A DNA stretch of 64,000 nucleotides from Glycera tridactyla (lineage: Eukaryota), in contig OZ286463.1 of the NCBI GenBank assembly GCA_965644265.1, positions 51,398,001-51,462,000 of the forward strand, written 5' to 3'. The notes below the pieces were generated by a model. The model was not told where the DNA came from. It saw only the letters and a list, made by a program, of their open reading frames with translations, and did no database searches. Positions 37,617 to 50,527 of this stretch are shown one piece after another (position 1 is the first letter of the stretch; every line of letters begins with the position of its first letter). A program made the position numbers and the translations under genes.

Positions 37617-38829
37617 TGGTTGTAGTTATACCTTGCTTTGTTTCAGAAATAAATTCATCAAGTCATAAGAAATCACGGAGGTAGGTTTTCATTACATCAG
37701 TAAAGCATAGAAAGAAATCTGGACTCTGGACTCAAGTTCCCGCCACTGCCAAGGTTGAGGAGAAGAGACCATGTACAGAATCCTTTCTTACATCAGGTTA
37801 TTAGGAAATTTCCATCCAAAAAACACAGGAGAGACATTGTCCAGGAGGCATATTTTGGTCTGGGAAATTTTTGTAAAGAAATTCTCAGAGCATGATGATC
37901 TGGAGAGGCTTTGACCAACAACATAGAAAGACAATATGGCGGGAAACCTTTAATTGGTTATGTTAAATTATGAAATTTCTAGGGATCTGTTTAAAATATC
38001 TAGGGATCAATTTGACGTGGGGCGGCAATAACCCCTTGGAAGTGGGGGACCGAGTTTATTTGAATTGGGGAAGATCCCGGATGTGGCCTGAAATACTTTT
38101 TCTCACTCCAAGTATAATCCTAATCCAGATATCATATTTGAGAATTATCCCATGTATTCTGATCATAATCTAGCCAGAGTTGGGAAAATATACATCAATC
38201 AATCTATCAATGCGATGATTCAGTAGAACAGGGAAAGAAATCACACCTCTTAACAATGATAATTACCAAGATAATTACCACCCAATTTCAACAGGAAACC
38301 CCACAATTCCACCATTAATTACTGAGGCAAAAGGGTTAATTTCCAAATGAGATACAAACTCATGAGAGCATGAAGGACTTGATGGGCTAATGTATACATG
38401 ATGAATTCTAGCACACAGATTGTTTGGTAATGCAATATATGCCAGAGCAGCTACCTGATTCTCTATTGCTCCAATCGATAGCTAAAACAAACAGTTTGAT
38501 GTTCTCAGATTTAAGTCAAGGAGAGATCAAACATTTCAAGTTTTAGCAGCTTTTGGCCATCAGGGCAGTATGACAAACTTCCAAGCTTGGCTGGGATTCC
38601 TCTAGGATGGAAATCCTTTGAGCGAATGATTTTAGCAGGATGGAAATCATTTTTAGCAATCCAGAAAGCACTATACAGCATTCTATTGAATCAGTTCAGC
38701 AAAATGGGAAAACTGTCACATCCTCATGTCAAATCAATTTCTACTGCAGTCTACACTGAAACAAATCAAATAAGATAAACATTCACCTACAATAAATCAC
38801 CACCACCTTTGCGCCATCAGCAATGAATA

Positions 38830-39851
38830 CAGTGAAACCTGTGACGAGCGACCACCCTATAAAGCACGAAAAAGTGGTCGTTCAAGACAGGTGGTCGCTG
38901 GTCGCAGGTTCGATCAGCTGGGCCGGTCGCGAAAATATGGATACATAGGAAATACTCCCAATATCGCCCACCAACCTTTCGCTGAATTGACATCGATATT
39001 CGCTGGATATCTCACAAAATTCACACAAATGGCATGAAAGAGACGTGAAACATTCCAATGTTGACGAATACCGACACCTTCATGAGGAAATATTGCCATT
39101 ATTCGCCAGAAACGGTGAAATTCGTGAGCTTTCGGCCGCATCAAACTAACTGCGTAAAACCATCGTTTCTTCGAGGGAACACCTCATTAAGCATAATTTA
39201 TGCGGGTATCCCCGGTTGCCAACAACATCAATAATAACTAATCTACAATCGAAACGTTGAATCCGCAAAGAAATATCATCATAGAACGAAAGTTTATCAT
39301 AAACTGTGCTGAAAAACGTCTTTATCAATAAGAAATATGTGTTTCTGAAGCCGATGGAGATGATTTTGGATCCCGCCATTTTTTTTTCATTCTCCTTATG
39401 GGCCCGTGAGTTTCGTCACGTGTTCGGTGATACTGCTGCTTGCTACGCAATAAACAATGGATAAATCGTTATGTAGACATGTTATCGCAGCAAAACCGAC
39501 TTATCAGTTGTTTCTTTGTGAAGGTTAGTCTATCATACAGGCGCGAACGACCGGACAATAGCTCTTTGTCTTCCTGCAGCGAAGCGTGAAGTTGTGAAGT
39601 CGTGAGTTCTTCGTTCATTCATACACGGTGACCTGATTATCGCCCATAGCAGCGCTGTTTACGATGCTGATTTGCCTCGAGTGGTCGTTCGTCGCAGGTA
39701 ATCTGTACTATTTGGGCCGGTCGCTGGTCGCGTTAGACAGGTGGTCACTCGTCAGAGGTGATTTTTGAAGTATTTGGTTTTTTGGCGGGAAAAATGATCT
39801 TTCAAGACAGGTGGTCGCTTGTCAGGGGGTCGCTCGTCGCAGGTTTTACCG
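38830..39851. mobile_element. 1022-bp non-autonomous Tc1/mariner(pogo)-type element, TA TSD
   Basis: TIRs CAGTGAAACCTGTGACGAGCGACC versus CGGTAAAACCTGCGACGAGCGACC; TA flanks; subterminal ACAGGTGGTCGC repeats; CpG-rich. Confidence 0.85.
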
Positions 39852-40129
39852 TATTATCTTAGTAAATCATTCCAGCAGATCAAATTCAACTTCAGCAATT
39901 GACTTTACTAATTAGCTAAAACTAAAACGCTAATCTGTAGAGGGAACCCTGCTTGCTGCACTGTTCATCTCAAATCCTTTTTTTAAAGAAGAAAAAACAT
40001 TTTCTCAAAGACTAATAACACTCCCACCTGAACTAGAATCTAGTTGAGTGGGCGTGCATATGACACGATGAAAAGCAATAACTATATTGAAGAGAACACA
40101 ATGAAGCCAGGAATAGCTTGACTTCTTAC

Positions 40130-40186
40130 CTCTCGATAGTTCCTTGGCCCCGCTTCCCTGAAGGTTGGTTTGCATTTGAAATTAAT
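40130..40186 (-). CDS. DGKZ: Diacylglycerol kinase type IV (DGKZ/DGKI/rdgA family), internal exon, C1a-C1b linker (INFKCKPTFREAGPRNYRE)
   Basis: TTTTTGCAG acceptor and GAG|GTAAGA donor; 57 nt, phase 0/0. Translation matches the recalled DGKZ segment INFRCKPSFRESGSRNVRE. Invertebrates usually have one co-ortholog of DGKZ/DGKI. Confidence 0.93.
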
Positions 40187-40779
40187 CTGCAAAAACAAGA
40201 CACAAGATAAGGTTAGAACAAATAGTCATTATTTCATGGAATAAAAACTGTCAGGAGGGAACATCCACAATTCAGGGAAAGCTTCTGTAAAAAACAGAGA
40301 AAACCCTTTATTGCTATATCTCACTCAGAGAGCCAAAGAGATCCAACATCACCCATGCACTGGCTAACCCTAAATTTGAAGCGAAAACTTTGGAATTTGA
40401 GCCCTAAAGTTGCTGAAAATGAAAATGAACAGTAGAAAGAACATGACACCAGAGATTCATCTAGAGCCTACAAAAATTCTCTGAATGTGAAAAATTATCT
40501 GTTAGATTATTGTGCATCTTTCATAGGAGGCAGGGAATAGGACTATTTCTGGACCTCAGGCAGTATGACCCTGCTTTCATTTACAGGAGGCTTTCATGCT
40601 GTAGTAGGCCTGTAAAATCTATAATGAAAGATGGTAGGAAATTTTGAGATGCACTATAGCTACAGCTATATCAAAACAATAAATGACTACTGATACAATA
40701 ACCAGTACATTTTTTGACAAGCACAATGACTTTTCGACAATAACTCCGGATGCAATGATCGGTGCATTTTTTTAAAACA

Positions 40780-40862
40780 AATGTGGGTGCATTATGCGAT
40801 CCTGAAATGGATCCCTGTGGTACCCCAAGATTTATGTGACCAAGCTTTGATATTTCACTCAC
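40780..40862 (-). pseudogene. Short decayed LINE RT fragment
   Basis: Translates SEISKLGHINLGVPQGSISG, resembling the RT motif GVPQGSILG; similarity is lost on both sides. Confidence 0.45.
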
Positions 40863-43800
40863 AATATTTGGTAGGATAAATTCTCCATCCAGACATTCAA
40901 ACTACCAATCACAGTGAAATTTCTTGCGCTCTTTCACTGTGAGAAAAATACTGTGACCTCTTGAACTCATTGCTGGATATTGCATGTGCTCTCGTCACAT
41001 TTCATGAGAGATTTAGGACAGGAGCACAGTCCGGGTTTCACCGCATCATCAGTAAATGACTGAGCATCATGGGCTGTCAGCCTGCTGATGCATAGAAAAG
41101 CGAGTGGGAGACATCAAATGCCGAGAGGTATTTATGTGCAATTATAGTGAAAGTGATGCCGTGAGCGGAAATGTGGAAAGTAGATATAAAACAAACCAGC
41201 CTGAAATGGAGATTAATTGATGGATCTGAAATAAAAGATAGCCACAAATTGAAGTAGAGGTAGCTCAATTACACATGCAATTTGCATTTAAATCCTTCAG
41301 CTCCATGTCGGCAGAAAGCTAAATTGAATCAAGTCATTTCGGTGTTGTTTTCCTAAAAACATCTGTTTATTGTGTGTGATCGTATGAATCAAAAGAACTG
41401 ACATTCCATTACATGAGACCCATCTTAACAATATGCCCTATCAACAAAAAACAACTGAATATCCTTGTATAACACCCACGCCAAGCCTGAGGTAATTTTC
41501 CCTCTGTCTTCAAAGTCAACCAATCCCTGCATGCATTAGATCTTTCAGCCAAAAGTTTTGAACTTCTGACACTGCACATAAGAGTTTTGAAGTACATGTA
41601 CTTTATCATCATCTCGAAACAAAACTTTTGGGAACATCAAATTCCAACTTTCCAATCGCAGCAAAAATGTATCAATGGTAAAAACCTGTATCAAGCAATC
41701 AATGCCAGGAAGGTTGATTGCTTGTAATTATCGGGTTGGTTGTTTGACTGTGTTCGCTAACAGAGATCGATTGAGCACCGTCAAAACCTTGGAAATTCTG
41801 ATCTTTCCAGTGGCTTTGTTGAAGCTATCCCAAGTGACAGGTCTAATCCTGGTAGGCCGCAATGACTGAACCATCTACATATGATGAAATTTGAAACCCT
41901 TTTCACTTGCATGTACAATTAAACTGCCTCTATACATATGACACTCTAATCAGACTGCAGTAGCTTTTCTTTCTGTAAATCATCTCTTAACAACGTTTGG
42001 TTGTGACAGGGGATGGTCTTTGGAGACAGGTTCAACTGTATGTATGTGTAATATATGTATGCCTTGTGTTTCTGGTCAATGGAAGCTGGGTGTTCTACCA
42101 GGCATCACTCAGTCATCACTCACACTAACCCTGAACACAATATGATGGGAACAAGTGAGCTTGTAGAGTGGATATAGCTGATCGATTGATTGCTTTATTG
42201 ACATCTAATAGCACGTATCAACCCACAGGATTATATATGTCATGTGTTCAAGGTCGATGAAAGTAGGTCCCCTGCAGTCATCACTTACACAGACCCTGAG
42301 CACAAGATGATGGGATACCTGAAAGGAAGTAGCTGACTGTTCAGACCAATCTCTATAAACCTCAACTAGGCCTGACTGTCTAACTGGTGTGAAGCTGAAA
42401 CTGTATATAAGTAGATATATAATCTAGAGGTCACAACTATTCAAGGGTATGCAGTCAACCCAATATGGAGATGGTAACCATAGACTACTACAAAGAATAT
42501 AGATCTTTAACAAAGGGTGGGGTCTAAAATTAGATTTAGACCAGTGTCAAGTAGACCTTAACTTGGTCCGACATGCAAGGGGATATTCACAACAAGATTA
42601 CACGATGTATTCTGTAGGCAATGGAAATTATGCTAACAAGCTGATGCCTCAATATACAGATCAGTCATTGACAAAGCACCAGTCAATTCATTCTTAAGAC
42701 TGGTTAGTAGTACAGTTTGTTTGTTGGTTGATTGAATGACTGTATGATTGGGTGATATCTAAATGCCTGTATCAACCTATATTACGAGAAATATGAGTTT
42801 TTTATGCATCCATCACCCTCACACTTGTTTGGTTGACTGGTTGGAATTTAACAGCATGAATCAATCTTTGCTTGGGGAATGACTCCTGCTTGCTTCACTC
42901 TCACACACCCGGGGCACGAGGTGATTTGACTGGTAAGATTGTCAGATATAGACATTACCATCCATTCAGTAAGGTACCGGTTGGTTGGTAGAGGCAACCT
43001 CGTGAAAAGTAAGATGTAAAAGTAACTGTAGTGACTTGAAGTCTGGTATCCTTGGCAAGTTCACTTGACTTTACAACCAGTTTCTTAGCAGGTCTGCTCA
43101 AGCTTGAGCCTTTCTCATCTCCCCGGGTGAATGTACAACCACAGACACAGAGTTAACTGCATGGGTAAGCACTCCTCAATCACCATCACTGCCTATTGCA
43201 AATTACCCATTCACACCTGGGTGAAGTGAAGTGGTGGAGTAAAGAGGTTCTACTCAGTTACCTTCACACAGAAGTGCCACCTTAGTGAGTAGCGCAGATC
43301 TGTAATGGTGCAGGTCCAGTAGGGATTGGTGAACCTTGTCCATTTTTGTCACCCATCCGAGGAGGCGCCCTGCCCTGTTCACTGTTGTAAACAGTACTGC
43401 TCAGTTGAGAACCTGGGTGTCTGCACCATCACCTGCCACATTGTAACTATTTCACTAGAGTTCACACTGTATGAATTGACTGTAGTCATCTCCATCAAGC
43501 ATGACCATGCTCTCTCATGCAGTTTTGCTTTCCCTCGATCTCATGTCTAGGTTATATCCGACATTGATTCCATCCAATAACCAATGCCTCACACAAAAAT
43601 TCAATTATCACAGTCATTGAAGCCAATATGCCAATCACCTCTAGCGACTGGTTGTCAGCAAAACTGGGTCAAGGGAAGGCAATGGAACTCATATCACGTG
43701 ATTCCATCGATGACAACATGGTCACAACTGAAGCTCACAAAATCACAAGTTTGTTACATGTAATCTTGCAACATCTTATCAGCACTATGACAGTCTTGAG

Positions 43801-45286
43801 CCACCCTCCTGAATCCCGGGGAGAATGAATTCAGATTCGAGAGAATGAAAAGACCAAACTCACTCTCCCAATGGGGAAGTGTGAATTTCTGAGTTGATCA
43901 GAAAGTGATAAATTTATCGTCAATACAGATCACAGCAGTTTTAACTCCACCAACAAAAACCCTATTGCCAATGAGATGACTTTGCATATACATTTACCTG
44001 CATGAGTTTAATTCTGAAGAACAATTCTCAACAAAAATAGGTTGGTGGTACTTGGGTAGTGATTCACTTCACCGACAAGTTGGAATATATATCTTGATAA
44101 ATAGAACACTCACATAAATGTCTTGCTCTCAAGATAGCCAGATTGAAGCTTGTCTCCTTTTTTGAACTTTTGGAACAAATTCTGGAGAGTGAATTTATTT
44201 TCAGGAGAGTGATTTTTCCAGTCTGCTGTCCTGATTGGAGAGAGACTGACAAAGTTTTTTTCGTGAAGAATGCTATGACCATGAATACACTGTTAAAGAT
44301 TCACAAACGGCCCCTCGATGAGCGGACTCGGTCTAAACTTGCCACATTTCATGGAGAGACAGCCAGGTCACCCAGCAAAGAAATATAAGACACCAATTTA
44401 AAGCTGTTTCTATGGTAACAGACATGGTTACTGATTTATCAGAAATATCACCTAAGCTGGTATCATGGATCTGCTAGTCAACCCTCCTCAGACAAAATTC
44501 CATCTCAACATTGCACAATGTAGTTTTGTCTTTCATGTGAAATCACCTAGAATCTAATCCCGATCGGCATTATGGTTTCAATCACCCCATAATTCATCTA
44601 CAGTATCATCAACAGTTTTATTGAAATGACCTTTTTCCATTTACATCAGATCAAGAACACTCACAGTCAGATCACTTGGACACGTGAAAGAGTTAGGTGC
44701 AGTCACTCAGAGTCTCAAGTTGACTGTATTGTTCACAACTGTGAGCAGGTCTGCTGCTTGGATGGGTGACCAAAATGAACAAAGATCACCATCCAAAACC
44801 AGATCTACACGATCGATTGTACAAATGTATCAGATTTGCACTAAGGATGTAGCTCTGCGTGGAGGTAAGTTGGTGAAACCTCTGTACTCCACCACTCCAT
44901 TCCAACACAATGTACATGGGTACTTGTCTTACCACCATCTCACATCTACAAAAATTGAACAAACAACTTTGACTAGCATCAGAAGGAAATTATATTTAGC
45001 AATACACCATCAGAATTAACAAATTACATTCTCAAGAAATCATCAGATTTCTTGTTGTGGATTTGAATGTACATTTCTAGCATCACACCATCTGTGCTTA
45101 GCCTGTGTTGGAGCATGCAGTCCTATGTGCTGCACTATCCAAACTGCTTGAATAAAGCAGGTGACAAGAGCCAGACAAGAGCACACCCCACTCCCATATA
45201 GACCCATTGTGACTACATGTATTTATTCATTGGCCAAATGAGGTTTCACTTCACTAAACACAAACAGTGTGAATTTCAGAATGATA

Positions 45287-45438
45287 CAGTGAAACCTGTC
45301 TTGGGAGACCCCTCTGTTGGGAGACCACCCTCTAATGAGAGACCACTCATAGTCAAATATACCTCCAATGAGAGACCACCTGTCTTGAGAGACCGCTTTT
45401 TTGGCGTTTGGGGCGGTCTCCCAAGACAGGTTTTACTG
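45287..45438. mobile_element. 152-bp MITE
   Basis: CAGTGAAACCTGTCTTGGGAGACC ... GGTCTCCCAAGACAGGTTTTACTG; near-identical family member at ~17373-17550. Confidence 0.8.
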
Positions 45439-46389
45439 CACTATGCTTCAAAATACACTGTTGAAAGGGAAAAATTACATTTTCAGAAATCTTCCAATTT
45501 CTTTGTGATTCAAACAAGGCATCTTCAGCATGGCACCAACTACCAAGCCTGTTAAGGAGCAACCTGTCTTGCATGCTGAGCAAAGTTGACTACTACAAAA
45601 AAAAAGCTGCCACATACCCCAGCCAGGAGCACACTCCCCTCCCCCTATCCTCTCACGCTGTTTGAAATATTCATAAGTCATTGCCATCTATTTGCTAAAT
45701 TGGTGAACGAGCTATTTGAAATATTCAAGAGCCATTACCCTCTATTTCCTCAATCGGTGAACAAGCTATCTGAAATATCACACGTAATGTTGACTGCTAC
45801 AAAAAAAGCTGCCACATACCCCAGCCACTCCCCACATAGACACACAGAGACCCAGTTGACTATCAGGTCATACTCACGTTTTTGAAATTCTCTCACAATG
45901 GGAGATGTGTTTTGGAAAAGGAATGTTATTCGGGTCAAGTGTACATTGCAGGATTCAGACTGCTGCTCTCGGGGATATCACCTGAGTGGTCAGTCTGCCA
46001 CTAATGCCAAGGTTTTTGTGAGATGGGCGCTGCCACTTAACTGGATTCTGGCCGATAATGGATGTTGCTGCTCACATAGCGTGTACCCATGTACTTTGAG
46101 AATACCATGCTGAAGATTGTGCTGCAGGTTTTTCATAGACATGATTCTACAGTCAAACCTGTCCCAAGTATGCGCCCTACCACACAAGAAAATGTCTTCT
46201 GCAACCAGTCTTCGTATTAGGCTACTTCCCAAAATCTCAGGAGAATGAAAATGCCAAACTAACTCTCCCAATGAGAGAGTGAATGTTTGGTTGACTTTCA
46301 CTGCATATTCTTTCATCATGCTGATAATATATTTTCAAATGAAGAGGTGACAGTTTTACCGGGTCATCTTGCCTATTCTCAAACTGTTG

Positions 46390-46670
46390 AATGCAGATTG
46401 CCATCTATTTCCTCAATCGATGAACAAGCTATCTGAAATATACACAAGCCATTGCCATCTTTCCATCAATTAGTGAACAAGCTATCTGAAACATTCACAA
46501 GCCATTACCATATTTATAGTTTTCCTCTGTTTGGTGAACAAGCTATCTGAAATAGTCACAAGTCATTACCATCTTTTTCCTTTGTTTGGTGAACAAGCAA
46601 TCTACAATATCCACACAAACTATCTGAACTATTCACAAGCAACTGCCATCTTTTTCCTCAATTACTGAAC
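46390..46670. repeat. Degenerate ~50-55-bp minisatellite (related units at ~45660-45785)
   Basis: Recurrent GCCATT(G/A)CCATCT...GTGAACAAGCTATCTGAAA. Confidence 0.75.
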
Positions 46671-48339
46671 ATACACTTGACAGGGGTGAGGATTTCCAAT
46701 GTATGTGTTGATTAGAATCAGCCAATAATAATGAAGCGGACCTTCACAGAGACATGAGCAATGTCAGATACACACAGTCAGCCATTTCAGGTCATTTAGT
46801 ATTCTATTCTTGTCCACAATCTTCAGCCAATTTATTTCCCCCCCCCCCCAGCATGACTGCGACCCAATCTGCTTCATCTATTGGGATCCATAACATAGAT
46901 ATATATTCCTTCTCCTCATTTTTCTTCTCAACAATGACAATATACATTATGAATATGAATCTGTGCCTTCACCTTCTATGACTTGCAGTCTCATCTGTTT
47001 TCTTTTTCACTGGTATCAGCTTTGAAAGTGGATACTATAAATCACTGAGATTTGTCAGCATATACACCTCTCCATGTCAACCACATGGATGATTTGATTC
47101 ACAATATTCAATGCTATCCTTTGATAGATTTCATATCCCAATCCATATACTATGGGACCTGTGCAGTTAACCAGAATTTCCAGAAGGGAATTCTATCATC
47201 AGTGCTCACTGGTGATTCACTAAAATTAAGGTCCATGTTGAAATCATGTTCATTAACTTTGGATATTTCTCAAATAAGTCAATATGATTTCAATATTAAT
47301 TATCTTGGGACCAAGAATACTCTTTTTGCAACAGTAGTGCCCATGATATAGAACACAAATGCATGCCTACTTCAGAAGAGCTAAAATTTCCCGCCTGTTG
47401 AGATAGCACAGGGATTTTATTGAGCCATTGGTGAATGGCAGATTTTGAATTCTACCATTCACTATGCTGGTGAATGGCTGTTAAAGAACAGAGCTCAGAG
47501 AAGGTTTGATAGATTTAATGATGTTTAATCGCATGTATCAAACCAGAAGATTATATATGCTATATGTTCCTGGTCAATGAAAAGCCAGATGTTCTGCTCC
47601 CTGCAGGCATCACTTACACAAACCCTAAACACGAGATGATGGGAAACCTGAAAAGTTGGAAGTAGCTGACAGTTCAGACACAACTCTACCAACTCAACAT
47701 GAACAGACTGAATCTAATGATGACATACCCAATTATGTAAATGGCCGGAGGCTGACACTCAAGCCTGATAGCAATGCTTTCTTTTTGCACAGCCCTTGAA
47801 ACATTCGCAGAGAAGGTGAGGGTTGAGCCGATATCGGAATTCAAATCTGGCATTGCTGACATCTTCATGACCAAATCGCATGTCAAACTTCCATTAGTAG
47901 CAATGCCGTGTTTTGATAATAATTCCTCACCTCAGCACAATTAGGAGCTGAATATTCCACCATCAACTATCTTACATCTGACGATTTCTAATATTTCTCA
48001 CCTGCATGTCTTCAATTATCAATCTTTTTCATGATCAAAAGAACTGTGAGAGGCATGCACTGCTGGCTGTCTTCATTCTTTTTTTGTTCATGGAATCCAT
48101 GACAGGAATATTGTAAACTGATCAAAGCAATAACCATGGAGAAAATATTTCATAATTCCTAGAATGATGGCTTGAATGCATTCATGGAGGGATTGCCCTT
48201 AATTAACTGGGTGCACCATGTGGGCTATATTGGGATGCGTATGCAATGGGTATAGGTGGTGTAATTCAACAATTCTCTTTCTGGGTCCACACAGGTGGGA
48301 TTCTATGAAATTCACATACACTCAAGGTTTCATTTCCCA

Positions 48340-48404
48340 GTTGTCTGTCTGTCTGTTATTCTGCCTGCCTGCCTGCCTATCAGTCAGTCGGTCGGTCGTT
48401 CGGT

Positions 48405-48438
<34 letters not shown>

Positions 48439-48534
48439 TCAGTCAGTCAGCCAGGTAGTGTCAGTCAGTGGGTCAGTCGGTCAGGTCAGTCAGCCAGCCA
48501 GTCAGTCAGGTACTGTCAGTCAGCCAGCCAGTCA

Positions 48535-48571
<37 letters not shown>

Positions 48572-48640
48572 TCAGCCATCCTTTCAATCAGTCAGCCAGC
48601 CAACTAGCCAGCCAGCCAGCCAGTCATCCATTCAGTCAGC
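48340..48640. repeat. Compound (CAGC/CAGT)n tetranucleotide microsatellite
   Basis: Directly visible; explains the SQPA-repeat pseudo-ORFs. Confidence 0.93.
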
Positions 48641-49915
48641 ATTCAATTAGGATCAGCTCTCTCATGACTGACTTTCTCACACCTGACAAACAGAAACCTG
48701 ACAATCGCAGCTGACCTACATTGATACGCCTTCAACTTGCAGGAATCTCTGCACTGCCTCGGCCACAATTGTGTTTCTTGGATGCCACCAATTTCTCAGA
48801 AAAGCAAAGCAATCAGATGAGGAGAACTCGACCTTGTGACAAGTGCAAATGATCATTAGAGCTCTGACGGTGACCTCTGTCAACCCCTGTTACCTCAATC
48901 TCTAATCTCCGCATCACAGGATAATTTCAATGTCAAGTAAAAAGCTCCATTCACACTTTCATGGTTGAGGGTGCGGTTCTTTTAGCAACTTGAGGAATGC
49001 TTGAAATGTGATAATTACATTTAACCCAGTAATTGCTTGTGATCTGTATACTGGGATTCTACCTATGACATTATGTACACTCAAAAGGGGTGAATGCTCG
49101 TGGGGTTGCTCGTGAAAGGTCTCACTGTATCAAATTCCACTGCCTGACAACAAACAAAATATGATTCTTTTCATTGCAAGAGATGGTATAATAATGGAGA
49201 ATAGTTGGTTAGGGCCTATGAATGTTCGGAATATGTGATTTTTCTGGATGAATCAAACACGAAAAGAAATATTTGGTGGTTCCTAACCCCAAGCGAGCCA
49301 CTTATACCAGGACTCCATGTTGCTACCTGTTGCTGCCCTAAAATTTCGATAGGTTCTAATTGGCAATGTATAGACTGGCTACCAAAGTTTTGTAGTTTGT
49401 ACTTGTTACTAAAAATGTCAACTTAGGAGCTAGCCAGCTCCCAAATATTTTGGCCTACTTAGAGCCCTGAATACTAGTGAGGCTACGACCGCACCAAAAG
49501 GCTAAATCCATTTCCTTCTTGACATATATTTCACTCATCTTTCTGATAATGGTATTTTCGTGTTTAATCTCATTTCCTTCCAATTAAATGGCTCCTATAA
49601 TGAAACTATATTATACCCGGGGGACTCAATTATGCATGTTAAATATACATAGAGGACATGAGTAACAACTGGTAAATTTTGACTAATCACATGTATCACA
49701 ATAATCCTGTTGCACATTCTGGCACTCTGTAAGGACCCTCAGGGATTAAACAGCATGTCATATTCATGAAATCACACAATTAAATCAACACAGAAATTTC
49801 AGACACCAAATATTGCATACAAGTGTACATCGGACACTCATCATATTGAAATGACCAACGATATTGGTTCAGCGAGAAGTGACTATGCTGGACACTTACA
49901 AATGCACCATTCCTC

Positions 49916-50527
49916 CAGTGTGTAAAATTAACTCGTTTCATTCACTGGCCGGCCGGGCCAGTGAATTGGTGAGATCCACTGGCCCGGACCTCATTTTCAC
50001 TGGCCCAGGTGGCGAAACGAAATCCCGTACATGTTCACGCAGCACGAGATGTGGAACGAGATCTGTCTTGATTTCTAGCATGATCGCCATTTGCATCAAT
50101 TTATCCGGCCAAAATATATATTAAATAACCGATATCAATGTGAAATACGTGCGCAGCGTGAAAGATTAATGTCTTTACTGCTCGAAATATCGTATGAAAC
50201 TCACCGATGGCCATTATTTTGATGTATTTATGTCGATTCTTCTGATGATAGTTTCTCCATCGAGAAACGCTTTCATGCAGACGAAATCTCGTCTAAACGT
50301 GACTGGTGGCGAGAAATAAACATCCAAGATGGATGCCGTGGTTTTCCCCAGAAATCATTGACATTTTCGTCGTTTCTCACACGTTTGTTCGATAAAATGA
50401 AGGTTTCCGGGTATTTATCGCGTTTTTTTTCACCGGCCCGGCGGAACGATGATTCAGGAACGTTCACCGACCCGCTCGAAGATTCACCGGCCTCGGGCCG
50501 CTGGGCCGGTGTTAATTTTACACGCTG
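49916..50527. mobile_element. 612-bp TIR element with CAG ends and 6-bp TSD (hAT-like)
   Basis: 17-bp TIRs CAG(T/C)GTGTAAAATTAAC; TTCCTC at 49910-49915 and 50528-50533; GC-rich subterminal CCGGCC/GGGCC repeats. Confidence 0.82.

Larger units (their letters stand above)
34244..37945 (-). mobile_element. Near full-length non-LTR retrotransposon (APE+RT, CR1/L2/Crack-like group) in DGK intron
   Basis: Contains the intact 1014-codon ORF, a ~290-bp 3' UTR, AATAAA (34275-34280) and a (TGTCTAT)x4 tail (34244-34271). The 5' end is approximate, placed at a CCCGCCATATT motif near 37933-37943. No clear TSD found. Confidence 0.9.

Noticed and set aside
29167-38339. TTAACCCTTT (29167) and AAAGGGTTAA (38339) as ends of one 9-kb piggyBac capturing a DGK exon
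   Set aside because: Only 6 bp of TIR match beyond TTAA, which is insufficient.
48218-48714. SQPA-repeat ORFs
   Set aside because: Translation of a tetranucleotide microsatellite.
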